Source: Nitrososphaerales archaeon (lineage in GTDB: Archaea; Thermoproteota; Nitrososphaeria; Nitrososphaerales; UBA213). Taken from it: 64,000 bases of DNA. This document shows positions 43,620 to 57,646 of the stretch, in pieces; the first letter of the stretch is position 1; every line of letters starts with the position of its first letter. The position numbers and the translations under genes were made by a program. The stretch covers positions 768,001 to 832,000 of the forward strand of contig CBDAOC010000020.1 in NCBI GenBank assembly GCA_965197925.1, in the 5' to 3' direction. The notes under the pieces are model-generated. The model was not told the DNA's origin. It was given only the letters and a program-made list of their open reading frames with translations, and made no database searches.

Positions 43620-45330
43620 TCAGCATGTCATACTCTCAAACGCTGTGGGTGCTTTAGCAGCGATAGATGTGGACTTAAAGCTAATATATGAAACCTTTTC
43701 CAAAGCTACCGCAGCATTATCTGAAGAACTATATTCCCAAATAATACCAAAGCCATTGGTATACTTTGGATAAACTCTTAGTTGTATACTAAAGGAACAC
43801 TTTTGATGTTCTTCCAACATTTCTTGAAATGTCTTTGGATCAGATTCCGCAGCGTTGGTAGAATTCAATGGGGTTGGGATTGGGGCAGGTGCATTGGCGG
43901 TGCCGCTGGCCAGTGTGAGGTTAGGTCCATTTAATCCCCTATAGGACTATAGAATGTAATTCCTCATAAAACCATTAGTGTGAAATGAATAATACCCTAC
44001 AGTAAACTGGTCTGTGGTACATCCAGTAATGAATTGACATTCTTCTATTGAAGAAACACCATTTTTACGAAAATCTACAATATGTGCATAGCAGTGTACA
44101 TTGTCAACATGGAACATATGGGTCAAGGCAGCGAAATTTACAGCGATGGTATTTTCTTCATCTACCCATCGCCTATAACTGAAAGTTTTCTCTGTACCAG
44201 TTCCCGGTGAACCAACTGGCTTTAGTCTGTTCCCAGCATTGTCAAATATCTCAATTATCACCAAGTGCTTACCATTATCATGAGATGAAGTGTTCCAAGA
44301 ATTGTGAAATTGGAACCATAGCCACCCTAATGGAGCATCTGCCTCATAAGGTATTTGAGTGCCCCTCACTGCTGACCACATTTGGTCCTAGGGTTACAGC
44401 TTCTGTTTTGATCTATCCACTCACCATAACCCACCGTCTCCAAGAGAGAGCTTCGTTTAGAGGTTGAGGAGTAGATATTGGATTTCCATTTGAATCCGCC
44501 TTGACTACACTAATCCTGTAATACTTTGCCCCCAATACCTTTAAGCCCTCGCTGAATTTTAGTCTAAAGCTTAGTGTTTTGCCCCATGGTTGTCCAGTAT
44601 AATGGTGGTTGCAGAGTCCATTATCAGCGGTTGCAGAGGATACACCAAATTCAGAGTTCTGTGTTGGACTTCAGTTCCCAACTGGGAATCGCTCCGATGT
44701 TCTCCAGCAGGACAAATTCTCCTGGAGGTGTAATTCCTTCATCTGGTCCGCAAGCCATTCCCTTCCAAGTCCTAAGGGAGGCTTCTTCATCAGCTCTAAA
44801 GTAATCATTGATATTTGATCCATCGTAAATATACACCCATTGATTCTCATGCCATTGTTTCACTTTGTAGAAGTACGAGGTTCTACAATTCCTTATGTAA
44901 AACTTCTTTGGGAAGCAATGGCTAAACTCGCCTTTTTCATTTATAGTGGTTTCACCAACTTTCTTTGATGTGCAGTAGCAGAAGAGCGGATATAGGTAGT
45001 CATGAATATCAAAATAAGCCAGTTTTTCATTTGGTGATAAAGAAGAAAGAATCTGAACATCCTGCAAAAGTCTTTGTGGTGGATTCCCCAAGGGAATTTT
45101 AATATCGCTAGAACGAGCAAGTTTAAGCGTTCTATCAGCATCCTTATCAGGAATGGGATCTAGCATAGGATCGGGGCTAGGTCCAGGGAAGGGCGGATCA
45201 GGTGGCGGCGGTGGGAATTTCAAGAACCAATCCTTTATCCTGACGAGAAAGTCATCAAGATCATGTATTGTAATTGTACAGCAACATGTTTTCTCATAGA
45301 TTTCCACTAGAGCGTTACAGATCGGAGCAC
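43620..45330 (-). pseudogene. Large hypothetical protein with poly-Pro tract, 5' truncated, multiple frameshifts and a nonsense codon
   Basis: Pieces 44651-45307, QPWGKTLSFRLKF...KYYRISV, 43947-44381 and 43620-43868 join after frame corrections; YIL*SYRG in-frame stop. Confidence 0.7.
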
Positions 45331-45443
45331 AAATTAATTATACTACATCATTAGACAAAATTCCTTATAACGGAGCTATCAAGTATCTGATAGAAAAATT
45401 GATCTTGGATGTTTACTTTGTTCATTAATTTGATATCCATAAC

Positions 45444-47095
45444 CTATTCCATCAAAATTATGGACTCAGGTTGCCAACCTCTCTTGATAAAGCTGTCCAC
45501 AATTGCTACTAGCTTCATAGACTTTAAATCAACTACAGAGATCGTTCCACTATCCATCCCGTCTAGAGAAAGCATGTTATTTTGAACAAATAGGTATCTA
45601 CCATCTTTGCTGAAGGCCATGTGGTGTGCACCAGGCTCAGAAGGAAGGGTTCTGATCAGTTCCGGATCTTCAGGATTGTTCAGACTAGACATTTACTACT
45701 CCAGGTAATGCCCAACTCACATATAGATTCCCGTCCTGCTCTAGATTCATGACCAGCGGCCAACTTTGAACACGCGTTGTCTCATCATCTACCAATTCCG
45801 GATAGAATGAGCTACTCTCTGTATCCCAAATGAGAGCCCACAACGAGCTCTCAAGCATACTAGTCACATAAGCAACAGGAAATTCTGGATGGAAGAATAT
45901 CTCAACGGGCGCACCCGGCTTACTGATGTCCTTAGTAACAGGAATGGTTGAAAGTGCCTCTCCAGAACTAAATTCTACTACAGTTACAGTAGACCCAGGA
46001 TCGTCCAAAGCTGGAGAAATGGTTTCGGTGACAATCATACGATCGATATTCTCATTGGCATTAATTCCATGAGGATACTTGATATAGGTTCCTTCACTGC
46101 CAGAGTTTTCTGGAGCTTTAATCTGACCAATAATATCATAACCGATTTCATCGTAAATGACAACCATATCAGAGCCTATGCAGGTCATGTAAAATCTTGT
46201 TCCATCCTCACTAAAGTACAGATCCTCAGCTACCTTACATGGACCTGTATCAATTGGTAGTACTTCTCCGATCCGGTCTCCATTCAGCATAATTTGAAAA
46301 AGGCCTGCTTGCAAAAAGGGTCCACCAAGGGCAGTAATGTAAAGCCTGGATGCGTCGTGATTGTAGTAAAGGTGGTGTGGGTTGACTCTAGGACCAATAA
46401 TCACCTCCTGTAAAATTTGTCCAAATGTTGGTGATTCCGGATTAAGGTCTATTATTGCCACACCGTCAGCTTCATCTTCTAAATTGTGAGAGGTGTAATC
46501 AACAAGTACCAATATCGGTGAAGTGGAGGGATGGCTAGATTCTTTTTCATCTAATAATGCTTCTTTCATTATAGAACCCCACCCACGTTCAATAAGCTTC
46601 AATATGTTGTATGGTTTAACGCATGCAGCAGAACCTGAACCACGCAGCATCAATGTTTGTCCGTCTGCACACTACATCCTCTGCTGCAACTCCATTTACC
46701 ATTTGTTTCTTGGGAGAATCAATCTTGCTGGATAAAGGAATAGACTTGTCATGAGGAGGTGTTAACGAACCTGCAACAAATTCCACCTCCAGCTTGTCAC
46801 CAATAGTAATTTTTGGTTCTATCATTATGAATGATTCACCAGATCCATGCACAGAAATCTGATTGAGGAAAACAAATGAAGTTCTACCAAAATGCACAGC
46901 AATATCATTCAAAAATTTCTGGTCCACAATTATTGATGCTGCTTGTGTAAAGTCATAGGTAATTATAGAGAACATAGTTTCTTCTCCATCCAAATTTACT
47001 CTTACGTTTCTCTCTGTAGAAATAGCATATGCATTAGCGACAAGAATAATTGACGTAGCAATTATGACTGGTAAGAGAAGTCCTAAAAACTTCAT
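45444..47095 (-). pseudogene. Secreted YncE/YVTN-type beta-propeller with a thaumarchaeal SPxKQ...GSxACVKP...RGW module; two frameshifts
   Basis: SPKKQMVNGV...VVC / GSAACVKP...LIERGWG split near 46660; PHH, PHG, AHHMAFSKDG blades; second break near 45690. Confidence 0.75.
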
Positions 47096-47307
47096 ACCGA
47101 TTTAAAATTAAAGAAAGCGGATATTTATTTATTGTGATGGATTGAGGAATTACATATTTTACCATGTCCTCAATAACCACTTTATTTTGATGTGTCTATT
47201 AGGGTATTGATTATTACTAGATATCGATCTTAGTAGCTGAAATTTTAGTTAATGGTAGACAATCAGGTCCAGAGCGTTGAATATTTGTGTAAATTAAATA
47301 GGTAACT

Positions 47308-48397
47308 GAGACTTGGGCATAATTCAATTATAATATTATTTTGAAATTATTACTATTAGCTTCCCAACATATACTTCAATGCTCTAAGAGGCCTTCCTGT
47401 CAAGTAGTTGTAGTAAACCATTACCTGATACAACAATACTGATAACAACACTATACTCTTTACCTTATCAAATCCTCTAACTGGCAATGGATCTATGGTA
47501 AATACATCCTTCATATGCTCTATCAATGGCTCAACGCTTATGCTCTTCCGAGAATATACATGCTGCCCAAATTCAGATTGATAGAACTGCAGCAATGCCA
47601 GTCTATTATTATCTGTAGTATGCTTGTACCTTTCCAATGGGAATACTGGATACCCTCTATACCTGCTGAAATCACATAACTTGTGATCATCATATCCTTC
47701 ATCTCCTACAACATACCTTACCATTCCTGTAAGCAATGAAGATGTTATGCTTTCATACATCTTGTTATCAGTAATGTTAGCTGTTGTGAAATCAGCTGAT
47801 AATGGAACTATCAACGAACCAGTACTACATGCTAGATGCATCTTGTATCCGAATATCCATCCCTTGGTTCTGCTGTAGCCCCATCGAGCATCTGTATCTA
47901 TACCGGAGCGTGGCACTTCATTCTTCTTCATGCTAGATTTGTGCCATACATGTCCCTTTGCTTTCAACAATGAACTGTCAACGGATATTATGGCTGGGTC
48001 TACCAACCCATCTTTTATGAAGAGCATACCCATAACATCTATCCTTGATCTTATGTCAATTGATACGGCCTTGACCTTCTGTCGAATGTTCTTCTGTCTG
48101 GCAACCTATTAAGACCACATGCCTTCATTACCTTCCTGTTGTATGGCATGTCTATCGAAAAATATTGATGTAACACATTGTTGCTTGGTATTCTTACCCA
48201 TACTCTAACGATGAAGCATCTCATCATTACTGTAGGAGAATAGTAGAATGGTCTACCCTTTTCCTATTAGGTTTTGACCGAATCACACCAATCAAAAATA
48301 ATATGCGAAGAAGTATCGAGTCTGAGCTAAACACATTACCAATGAAAATTGGAACCTGATCTTATCGTTTCGACCGGCTTAATTATGCCCAAGCCTC
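47308..48397 (-). mobile_element. IS-A copy 3 (1090 bp) with 8-bp target duplication AGGTAACT
   Basis: TIRs at both ends; AGGTAACT at 47300-47307 and AGGTAACA/AGGTAACT at 48398-48418; transposase frameshifted. Confidence 0.93.
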
Positions 48398-48489
48398 AGG
48401 TAACAGCCTCAGGTAACTACGTTTTAGGAAGTTATCCAGATAATCATTATCTGAGCCGTGGTCATGAAACACAAACAAGGTCCAACAGT

Positions 48490-48840
48490 TCAACGTATAA
48501 AACCGGTGAAAAAATGAAAATTATGTATACTAAATTTGGCCAGTGCTTCTTTCAGATCATTGTTAGGGTCACCATAAACTTCAAACCGAGTCAACTTTGA
48601 TACTTCAAGAAGTTTAGGGAGAATTGTGATTACCGCTTTTCCACGTAGATGAACCAGCGCCGCTTCTGAGCTCTCGTACCATTCATTAACAATACATTTT
48701 GTTTTTTCATCATTAAAGTACCATTGATAACCCTTTGTATCGGGCTCGTTTTGTTTAACCAATACAGCAATTTCTTTAGCCAGATTCTCAAAAGCCTCAA
48801 GTTTTCCTTCTTTAATGGTAAACTCAACAATCCACTTCAA
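48490..48840 (-). CDS. Antibiotic biosynthesis monooxygenase (ABM) family protein; start codon uncertain
   Basis: FTIKEGKLEAF...NEPDTKGYQWY...EWYESSEAALVH. Confidence 0.8.
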   Translation of the reverse strand: MKWIVEFTIKEGKLEAFENLAKEIAVLVKQNEPDTKGYQWYFNDEKTKCIVNEWYESSEAALVHLRGKAVITILPKLLEVSKLTRFEVYGDPNNDLKEALAKFSIHNFHFFTGFIR

Positions 48841-50009
48841 ATGTCACTCACGCATTTAATACCCATTTTATCTATTGATGTTTATATTTCTACTCTCTCC
48901 AAATTAGTGCCGAGATCCTAAAGCCAAGAAATCCTGATTTGCTCTAACTACATTTGACAGTGATATTTTGTCTCTCCCTGTTGGATTTTTTTGATGGATT
49001 TATTTACTTTGTAAGGAGATTTCAAATCTTCTAATCTGGATAAAAACTGTCATATCAACGACTTTTGTCTAGAATTATCTAAGATGCAATTACGCTCTTT
49101 AAAAGAATCTTCTTATTGTAACTGTATTGCCCCAACATACCTCGGAGGCACTGTTTAAAAGTTCAGTAGAGCATTCAAGATCAGGTGTAAGCTAATTCCT
49201 ATAGCCATAACCTTCCCACAAATGGTAAAAATTGTTTCAATGCGTAAAACTACGATACATTCAAACGCACATTGGTCACTAACAACCAACATTCAATTTT
49301 GAAAATCGTATCATGATTTATTTTACTAAACTTGGCAATCATATATTGTGGAACTAAGGGATTGCCCTTAAGGATTCTTAGGGATATAGTGGTTTTTGGT
49401 ATTATTATCGGACAAGTTGCAACGGATTTGTAGGAAGAAGCACCTCCGAAAACTGATCTGTATACCACCCTAGTAAAGGGAAGTGAGGGTTAACTAAAGG
49501 ATATGGGCATATCAGGAATAGCAGGAACAGATCCCGCATTAGTGTTGCGAAACTCTTTGGATTATCAAGTGAACACAAGAGTAATCAACCAAGATCAAAA
49601 AGCGTATCAACTCGTCGCAGATAGATTTGATTCTTCTACAAAGATACTCGGTACTGAGAATGTAGTTGATAATATAGTTCTTAAGCGTCAGAAAGGTTGT
49701 TGCACTTACAGATGTGCATTACATGAAGATAAAGTATTCAATGAATTCAGAGTTGTAAGGTTTACAGCAACGGGTTAGCTTGACTTTTACGTGGTAGTAT
49801 CGTAACCCAATTAGATGAGGCATGGGCATTATTCCATATAACAAAAATAACTTGATGCCTCTGATTGATTAACTTCCCAACACGTGCTTCAATGCCCTTA
49901 ATGGTCTTCCTGTCAAGTAGTTGTAGTATACCATCAGCTGGTATAGCAATATAGAAATCAGAACGATGCTCCTAGCTTTATCAAATCCTCTAACAGGTAG
50001 TGGGTCTAT

Positions 50010-51762
50010 CAACTCATCTCAAAACTAACCATTTAGACAATTTTTAGCGACCATTTAGATCTATGAATAGCGACATCTAAAATTATTTTATGAAATTCCA
50101 AGAATTATCAGACAAACAGTGGAGTATGATGGAATCACACATACCGCCACATGCAAAAACTGGCAGGCCTAGGGATGATGATAGAAAAATCATTAACGGA
50201 ATAATCCATGTTCTAACTACTGGATGCCGATGGGACGATATGCCAAAAAGATATGGTGATGATTCTACTGCAAACAGAAGGTTAAACAAATGGCAACAAA
50301 AAGGAATCTGGAAAAAGATTCTATCACGTACTATTCACTCAGCACATAAATCTGGCAAATTAGTCTAAAAAAATCAGTTGACTCTTCATCCATTCCTAAT
50401 AAAAAAGGGGCAATGTAACTGGATATAATGGATTCAAGAGAATAACAGGTACAAAAATACATGCCGCAGTAGAGGGTAACGGATTTCCAATATCCATACT
50501 GCTGAGTCCGGCAAATGAACATGACAGTACAAAATGCATGGATGTTATAGACAACTGATCCCAAAACTGATCACTTAGTGAATAATTGACGATCATTTGG
50601 ATCTATTTGCAATGCTGCCCGTAGCAGATCATGAAATTTCAGGAGATAACAGGTGAACAATGGAAGATGATATCACCGCATCTCCCAAAGCCAGCCAGAA
50701 CCGGAAGGCCAAGGGCAGACGACAGAAAGACAGTCAACGGAATCCTGTTTGTCGGGATAACAGGATGCAGGTGGACTGGGATGTCACAAAGGTACGGCTC
50801 CAAATCAACTGCGCACCGCAGACTGCAGAACTGGCAGCGACGTGGAATATGGAAGAATATCCTCTCCGCTGCAGTCAAATCAGCCCACAGATCAGGCAAG
50901 ATGCAGCTGCAAAAAACGGTCGATTCGTCATCAGTTCCGGCCAAAAAAGGGGAAGCGTCATAGGATACAACGGATTCAACAGGATTTCAGGCACAAAAAT
51001 ACACGTTGCGGTGGAACAAAACGGACTGCCAGTCTCAGTAGTGATGGGTCCTGCAAATCAGCATGACTCTGCAAGATTTGTAGACGTGATGGATGGCATC
51101 TCACAATATCTGGATGAGAGATCTATCAGAAAAATTGCGCGGTGCCAAGCAGACAAGGGCTATGATGCAGAATTCATCAGGAAATACCTCACCAAAAGAA
51201 AAATCTCTGACTGCATACCTTACAGAAAAAACAGTAAGACACAACAACAAAATGATGATACAGAACAATACCTATACGGCAAGACGCGCTATGTTGTGGA
51301 GAGATTCTTTGCCTGGTTGAAGAATGGGTTCCACAGAACCAGGATCAGATATGAGAAGAATGCACAAAACTATCTGGCATTTGTTATCATTTCGTCGATT
51401 ATGATGTATTGGAGAGTATTGGGATGACTTCAGGATCAATTTCAGACTATCTTGATGATGATTCAATACAACAGATAGAATCAGTTTATGCAGACAAAAT
51501 GATGCAAAATACATCAGAATGTATTTGTGGGATAGAAATATTGCATGTTGCATCCCATACAAAATAAATTCCAAGTTCATCTTGCAAAATAATGATTGCA
51601 AACATTACAACAAGACAAGATTTGTAGTTGAGAGATTCCTTGCATGGCTCAAGAATGGATTTCACAGAACAAGAACCAGGTATGAAAGAACGGCAGAAAA
51701 CTATCTGGCATTTGTTAATCTTGCATCATTTTTGATGTATTGTAGGGTTTTGAGATGAGTTG
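50010..51762 (+). mobile_element. IS-B copy 2 (IS5/IS427-like) inside IS-A, itself interrupted by IS-C
   Basis: CAACTCATCTCAAAAC TIRs; TAT target duplication; near-identical to 36484-37358. Confidence 0.93.
50552..51431 (+). mobile_element. IS-C copy 1, IS5 family (IS427-like), 880 bp, two ORFs joined by a putative -1 frameshift
   Basis: Imperfect TIRs CAACTGATCCCAAAAC / GAAGTCATCCCAATAC; orfA 50631-50963; AAAAAAGGGG slippery site near 50943; ADKGYDA and RYVVERFF intact. Confidence 0.93.
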
Positions 51763-52973
51763 TATATCAAATACATCCTTTATCTGCTCTATCAATGGTT
51801 CAACACTTATGCTCCTCCGAGAATATACATGCTGTCCAAATTCAGAGTTATAGAACTGCAGCAATGCCAGTCTATTATTATCTGTAGTATGCTTGTACCT
51901 TTCCAATGGGAATACTGGATACCCTCTATACCTGCTGAAATCACATAACTTGTGATCATCATATCCTTCATCTCCTACAACATACCTTACCATTCCTGTA
52001 GGCAATGAAGATGTTATGCTTTCATACATCTTGTTATCAGTAATGTTAGCTGTTGTGAAATCAGCTGATAATGGAACTATCAACGAACCTGTGCTACATG
52101 CTAGATGCATCTTGTATCCGAATACCCATCCCTTGGTTCTGCTGTAGCCCCATCGAGCATCTGTATCTATACCGGAGCGTGGCACTTCATTCTTCTTCAT
52201 GTTTGATCTATGCCATACATGTCCCTTTGCTTTCAACAAGGAACTGTCAACGGATACTATGGCTGGGTCTACCAACCCATCTTTTATGAAGAGCATACCC
52301 ATAACATCTATCCTTGATCTTATGTCAATTGATGGCCTTGAACCTTCTGTCAAACGTCCTTCTGTCTGGCAACCTATCAAGACCACATGCCTTCATTACC
52401 TTCCTGTTGTATGGCATGTCTATCGAAAAATATTCATGCAAAGCATTGTTGCTTGGTATTCTTACCCATACTCTAACGATGAAGCATCTACCATAACTGT
52501 AGGAGAATAGTAGAATGGTCTACCCCTTTTCCTATTAGGTTTTGACCAAGGAATCACGTCAATCAAAAATAATATACGAAGGAGTATCGAGTCTGGGCTA
52601 GACACATTACCAATATGAACTGGAACCTGATCTTATCGTTTCGAACTAAATTACGCCCAAGCCTCCAGTATCTAATGGCATTTGGGAATGAAGTTTACTG
52701 TCTACCTGTACTCTGATTCGTCAGTAAAAATGATATCAATGATATTTATTATTCAGCTGTTGGAATGCACCCAAGATGTTATCATAAATGGATGTTATCA
52801 TGGTCGCATTAGACGAGGAAGGTTTCTCACTAAAGTTATTATTGTTAAATACGAGATGAAAGTCTTGCAAAAATAACTATTATTATTATAAGACTTTGTT
52901 ATTGAACTAATCTTACACTTTCATAAATCCTAGCACGGAGTGTTAAAAATAAGAAAAAAAAGTAATGGTTTTT

Positions 52974-54605
52974 TTATTCCATACCGCCTGGGGGTCCTTC
53001 TGGTCCTTTTGATTTCGATGAAGATATTACATCGTCTATTCGCAATATCATACTTGCAGCTTCAGTTGCAGATTTTATTATTTGTTCCTTTACAGAAATT
53101 GGTTCTATTACATCTTTCTTCATCATATCCACAATCTTCAATTCCTTCACATCAATACCAATCCATTTACTTCCTTTACTCTGCTTCGATCTTAATTCTG
53201 TGGTAGTATCAATTGGGTCCATACCCGCATTCTCTGCAAGAGTCAACGGAATAGTTTCCAATGCTTCTGCAAATTTCTGAACTGCTAACTGCTCCCTACC
53301 AGAAAGTCTATTAGCCCATTGTTGCAAATTGCGTGCAATATGTGCCAATGTTGCCCCACCTCCAGCAACTATCGCTGGTTTCTCCATAACATCCTTCACT
53401 ACCATTAAAGCATCATGCAATGAACGTTCGGCTTCATCTACCACTCTCTGAGAACCTCCTCTCATAAGTATGGTAACTGATTTCGGATTCTTGCATCCTT
53501 CTATGAAGACCCACTTGTCTGTCTCTACTTTGCGTTCTTCTACTAAACCTGCGGTACCAAGATCTTTTTCAGTAAGATCTTCAATGTTTGTTACCATCCT
53601 TCCGCCCGTAGCTTTCACCAATTTACTCACATCGCTTTCCTTCACTCTCCTAACTGCAAGTATCTTTGCCTTTGCCAAATAATGTTGCGCCACATCATCA
53701 ATTCCTTTCTGGCAAATGACCATATTTGCACCTGTGCCTGCAATTTGTTCGACCATAGTCTGCAACATTCTGTTCTCCTCATCTAAGAACATCTTCATCT
53801 TCTCAGGACTATCTATGTTGATTTTGGCGTCAAACTCTGTCTTCTCTATTTCAAGAGCTGCATTAATCAACGCTATCTTCGCTTTCTCAACACGCTTTGG
53901 CATACCACCATGTACTACTTCCTTATCAAGAATAATACCATCTATCAGATTGGTATCCTTTATGGAACCACCAGCCTTTTTTTCTACTTTAATGTCATCT
54001 AAATCTACTTTGTAACTATCACCTAGCTTTTCTGCTACTCCTGATACAGCATCAACAGCTATCACAGATAAATGCGGACTATCCTTGGAAACAAGTTTAG
54101 ACTGCATTGCAGTTTCTGCAATTTTTAGAAGTGTTTTTCTGTCGTTACCATTAACCTTCTCAGCAATATCATTCAGAATTTCTAATGCTTTGACAGAGGC
54201 CTTCTTGTAACCATCAACAATTATTGTTGGGTGTACATCCTTCCCTATTAGTTCCTCAGCCTTGTCTATCAAAGACCCAGCCAGAATTACCGATGATGTT
54301 GTACCATCACCAACTTCGTTATCAACGGATTTTGCTATTTCCACCATCATCTTGCCCGCAGGATGTTGTACATCTATCTCCTTCAACAAAGTTGCACCGT
54401 CGTTAGTTATAGTAACATCCCCCATTGTGTCAACGAGCATCTTGTCCATTCCTCTAGGACCTAAACACGTTTTTACAACCTCTGCCACAAGTCTTGCCGC
54501 TGTGATATTATTCCGCTGTGCCTCTTTACCCTTGGTTTGTCCCGTTCCCTCTTTTAGAATGAATACAGGTGTACCACCTTGCGTTGTCGCCGGAACTATT
54601 GACAT
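52974..54605 (-). CDS. ths: Thermosome (group II chaperonin) subunit
   Basis: [30 protein letters not shown]; alpha or beta subunit not resolved. Confidence 0.97.
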   Translation of the reverse strand: MSIVPATTQGGTPVFILKEGTGQTKGKEAQRNNITAARLVAEVVKTCLGPRGMDKMLVDTMGDVTITNDGATLLKEIDVQHPAGKMMVEIAKSVDNEVGDGTTSSVILAGSLIDKAEELIGKDVHPTIIVDGYKKASVKALEILNDIAEKVNGNDRKTLLKIAETAMQSKLVSKDSPHLSVIAVDAVSGVAEKLGDSYKVDLDDIKVEKKAGGSIKDTNLIDGIILDKEVVHGGMPKRVEKAKIALINAALEIEKTEFDAKINIDSPEKMKMFLDEENRMLQTMVEQIAGTGANMVICQKGIDDVAQHYLAKAKILAVRRVKESDVSKLVKATGGRMVTNIEDLTEKDLGTAGLVEERKVETDKWVFIEGCKNPKSVTILMRGGSQRVVDEAERSLHDALMVVKDVMEKPAIVAGGGATLAHIARNLQQWANRLSGREQLAVQKFAEALETIPLTLAENAGMDPIDTTTELRSKQSKGSKWIGIDVKELKIVDMMKKDVIEPISVKEQIIKSATEAASMILRIDDVISSSKSKGPEGPPGGME

Positions 54606-55367
54606 CTTTTATCGGTTGTTTTATAAAATGAGGAGGTAATTAAATTTTTTGAAAAGAATAATGTGTAAATGATCGGTAAAGATGCAACAATATAGTAGAG
54701 CAAACACCAATTATAATATTGTGAAAGAGGTGAGGAACACTCTATTTGAGATCCCTGATGAGTAAACAATCCACCAATAGCAACTTTCTTATTGGGGTGA
54801 CAAACATTTACAGTAAAAAAAATCTCATTTGATTAAAAGTAATAGATTGATAATCCAGATGAAAAAAACCCAAGTTTTGCAATATTCCTTTAGCGATAAC
54901 TTGCTAATATTGCCTCGACTTGTCAGGAATGGTTGCGATAATCAGAATTTCTGGAACTACAGACGTAAGGAGATAACATATGTTTGAAACAAATATTAAG
55001 AAATTAGAAGGCCTCATTAAATAAAAAAATACCGAGAGAAAATTAGAAGAACAATTGTCTCGGATATTCTTACTCTAGTTCACCCGAATAATTTGTTCTA
55101 CGATTAATATTTTGTTACATTTGCTATAGTCTTTAGGCTGAACCTCTTGATCTGAACTTAGTCTATAACGATACTCATATGGACATTTTTTCTATTTTAC
55201 GAGTTTTGCCTTAACATAACAATCTGTAATACTCCCTATTAGATCTAACGTTTTTTATTGTTATTTGGTAATTATTACTTTTCATCTAGACTGGAGAATC
55301 ATAGTACTTCCAGCCCTACCCAATTATTTAATGTGACAGAACTCATTCAATTTTAAGATATATAATT

Positions 55368-56455
55368 GAGGCTTGGGCGTAATTTAGTTCGAAACGATAA
55401 GATCAGGTTCCAGTTCATATTGGTAATGTGTCTAGCCCAGACTCGATACTCCTTCGTATATTATTTTTGATTGACGTGATTCCTTGGTCAAAACCTAATA
55501 GGAAAAGGGGTAGACCATTCTACTATTCTCCTACAGTTATGGTAGATGCTTCATCGTTAGAGTATGGGTAAGAATACCAAGCAACAATGCTTTGCATGAA
55601 TACTTTTCGATAGACATGCCATACAACAGGAAGGTAATGGGGTATGTGGTTTGGATAGGTTGCCAGACAGAAGAACATTCGACAGAAGGTTCAAGGCCAT
55701 CAATTGACATAAGATCAAGGATAGATGTTATGGGTATGCTCTTCATAAAAGATGGGTTGGTAGACCCAGCCATAATATCCGTTGACAGTTCATTGTTGAA
55801 AGCAAAGGGACATGTATGGCACAAATCTAGCATGAAGAAGAATGAAGTGCCACGCTCCGGTATAGATACAGATGCTCGATGGGGCTACAGCAGAACCAAG
55901 GGATGGGTATTCGGATACAAGATGCATCTAGCATGTAGCACAGGTTCGTTGATAGTTCCATTATCAGCTGATTTCACAACAGCTAACATTACTGATAACA
56001 AGATGTATGAAAGCATAACATCTTCATTGCCTACAGGAATGGTAAGGTATGTTGTAGGAGATGAAGGATATGATGATCACAAGTTATGTGATTTCAGCAG
56101 GTATAGAGGGTATCCAGTATTCCCATTGGAAAGGTACAAGCATACTACAGATAATAATAGACTGGCATTGCTGCAGTTCTATAACTCTGAATTTGGACAG
56201 CATGTATATTCTCGGAGGAGCATAAGCGTTGAGCCATTGGTAGAGCATATGAAGGATGTATTTACCATAGATCCATTGCCAGTTAGAGGATTTGATAAGG
56301 TAAGGAGTATAGTATTGTTATCAGTATTGTTGTATCAGGTAATGGTTTACTACAACTACTTGACAGGAAGACCATTAAGGGCATTGAAGTATATGTTGGG
56401 AAGCTAATAGTAATAATTTCAAAATAATATTATAATTGAATTATGCCCAAGTCTC
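55368..56455 (+). mobile_element. IS-A copy 5, transposase frameshifted in its 5' part
   Basis: Both TIRs present; flanks ATATAATT / AATTACTT. Confidence 0.93.
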
Positions 56456-56766
56456 AATTACTTCTTTAGGCCCTTGAATGTTCTTCAGGGAATCTTTCTG
56501 TAGTTCGCTCAATGGAATATTTACACTGTTCTTGATGTGCCAGTCTGTAAATTCTTCTGGCTGCCTTACGTCATTAGGAGTTCCCTTCCGCTATCCAACG
56601 ATTTTTTGAATTCATTCACGGAAATGTCGGTGTCATTTCCCTCTACAAGATTCCACTCCCATGCGCCCAGGCCTCCTTTGAGATACTTGGCGTTCATCCC
56701 TAGTTGACCCATCATTGATGCAATTTTGCTGGAATGGTGTTCATCGTCACTCACAAGAGCTATTTC
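56456..56766 (-). pseudogene. Internal fragment of a tandem rhodanese-domain gene trapped between two IS elements
   Basis: AKYLKGGLGAW, ISVNEFKK, then after a frameshift DVRQPEEFTDWHIKNSVNIPL. Confidence 0.75.
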
Positions 56767-57646
56767 GAAGTCATCCCAATACTCTCCAATACATCATAAT
56801 CGACGAAATGATAACAAATGCCAGATAGTTTTGTGCATTCTTCTCATATCTGATCCTGGTTCTGTGGAACCCATTCTTCAACCAGGCAAAGAATCTCTCC
56901 ACAACATAGCGCGTCTTGCCGTATAGGTATTGTTCTGTATTATCATTTTGTTGTTGTGTCTTACTGTTTTTTCTGTAAGGTATGCAGTCAGAGATTTTTC
57001 TTTTGGTGAGGTATTTCCTGATGAATTCTGCATCATAGCCCTTGTCTGCTTGGCACCGCGCAATTTTTCTGATAGATCTCTCATCCAGATATTGTGAGAT
57101 GCCATCCATCACGTCTACAAATCTTGCAGAGTCATGCTGATTTGCAGGACCCATCACTACTGAGACTGGCAGTCCGTTTTGTTCCACCGCAACGTGTATT
57201 TTTGTGCCTGAAATCCTGTTGAATCCGTTGTATCCTATGACGCTTCCCCTTTTTTGGCCGGAACTGATGACGAATCGACCGTTTTTTGCAGCTGCATCTT
57301 GCCTGATCTGTGGGCTGATTTGACTGCAGCGGAGAGGATATTCTTCCATATTCCACGTCGCTGCCAGTTCTGCAGTCTGCGGTGCGCAGTTGATTTGGAG
57401 CCGTACCTTTGTGACATCCCAGTCCACCTGCATCCTGTTATCCCGACAAACAGGATTCCGTTGACTGTCTTTCTGTCGTCTGCCCTTGGCCTTCCGGTTC
57501 TGGCTGGCTTTGGGAGATGCGGTGATATCATCTTCCATTGTTCACCTGTTATCTCCTGAAATTTCATGATCTGCTACGGGCAGCATTGCAAATAGATCCA
57601 AATGATCGTCAATTATTCACTAAGTGATCAGTTTTGGGATCAGTTG
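56767..57646 (-). mobile_element. IS-C copy 2 (880 bp), essentially identical to 50552-51431
   Basis: Same TIRs and ORFs; one D/N difference in orfB. Confidence 0.93.

Larger units (their letters stand above)
49817..52665 (-). mobile_element. IS-A copy 4, interrupted by nested IS-B and IS-C
   Basis: TIRs at 49817 and 52665; the halves rejoin as GGGTCTAT|ATCAAATAC once 50010-51762 and one TAT are removed. Confidence 0.92.

Noticed and set aside
50660..50940. N-terminal half of the 255-aa IS-C ORF (also 57260-57538)
   Set aside because: Alternative-frame read of orfA; the real transposase is orfA joined to orfB at AAAAAAGGGG
53470..54639. Plus-strand ORFs opposite the thermosome, and similar antisense ORFs over the helicase, HK, MFS and IS elements
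   Set aside because: Shadow ORFs of well-supported genes with no motifs of their own
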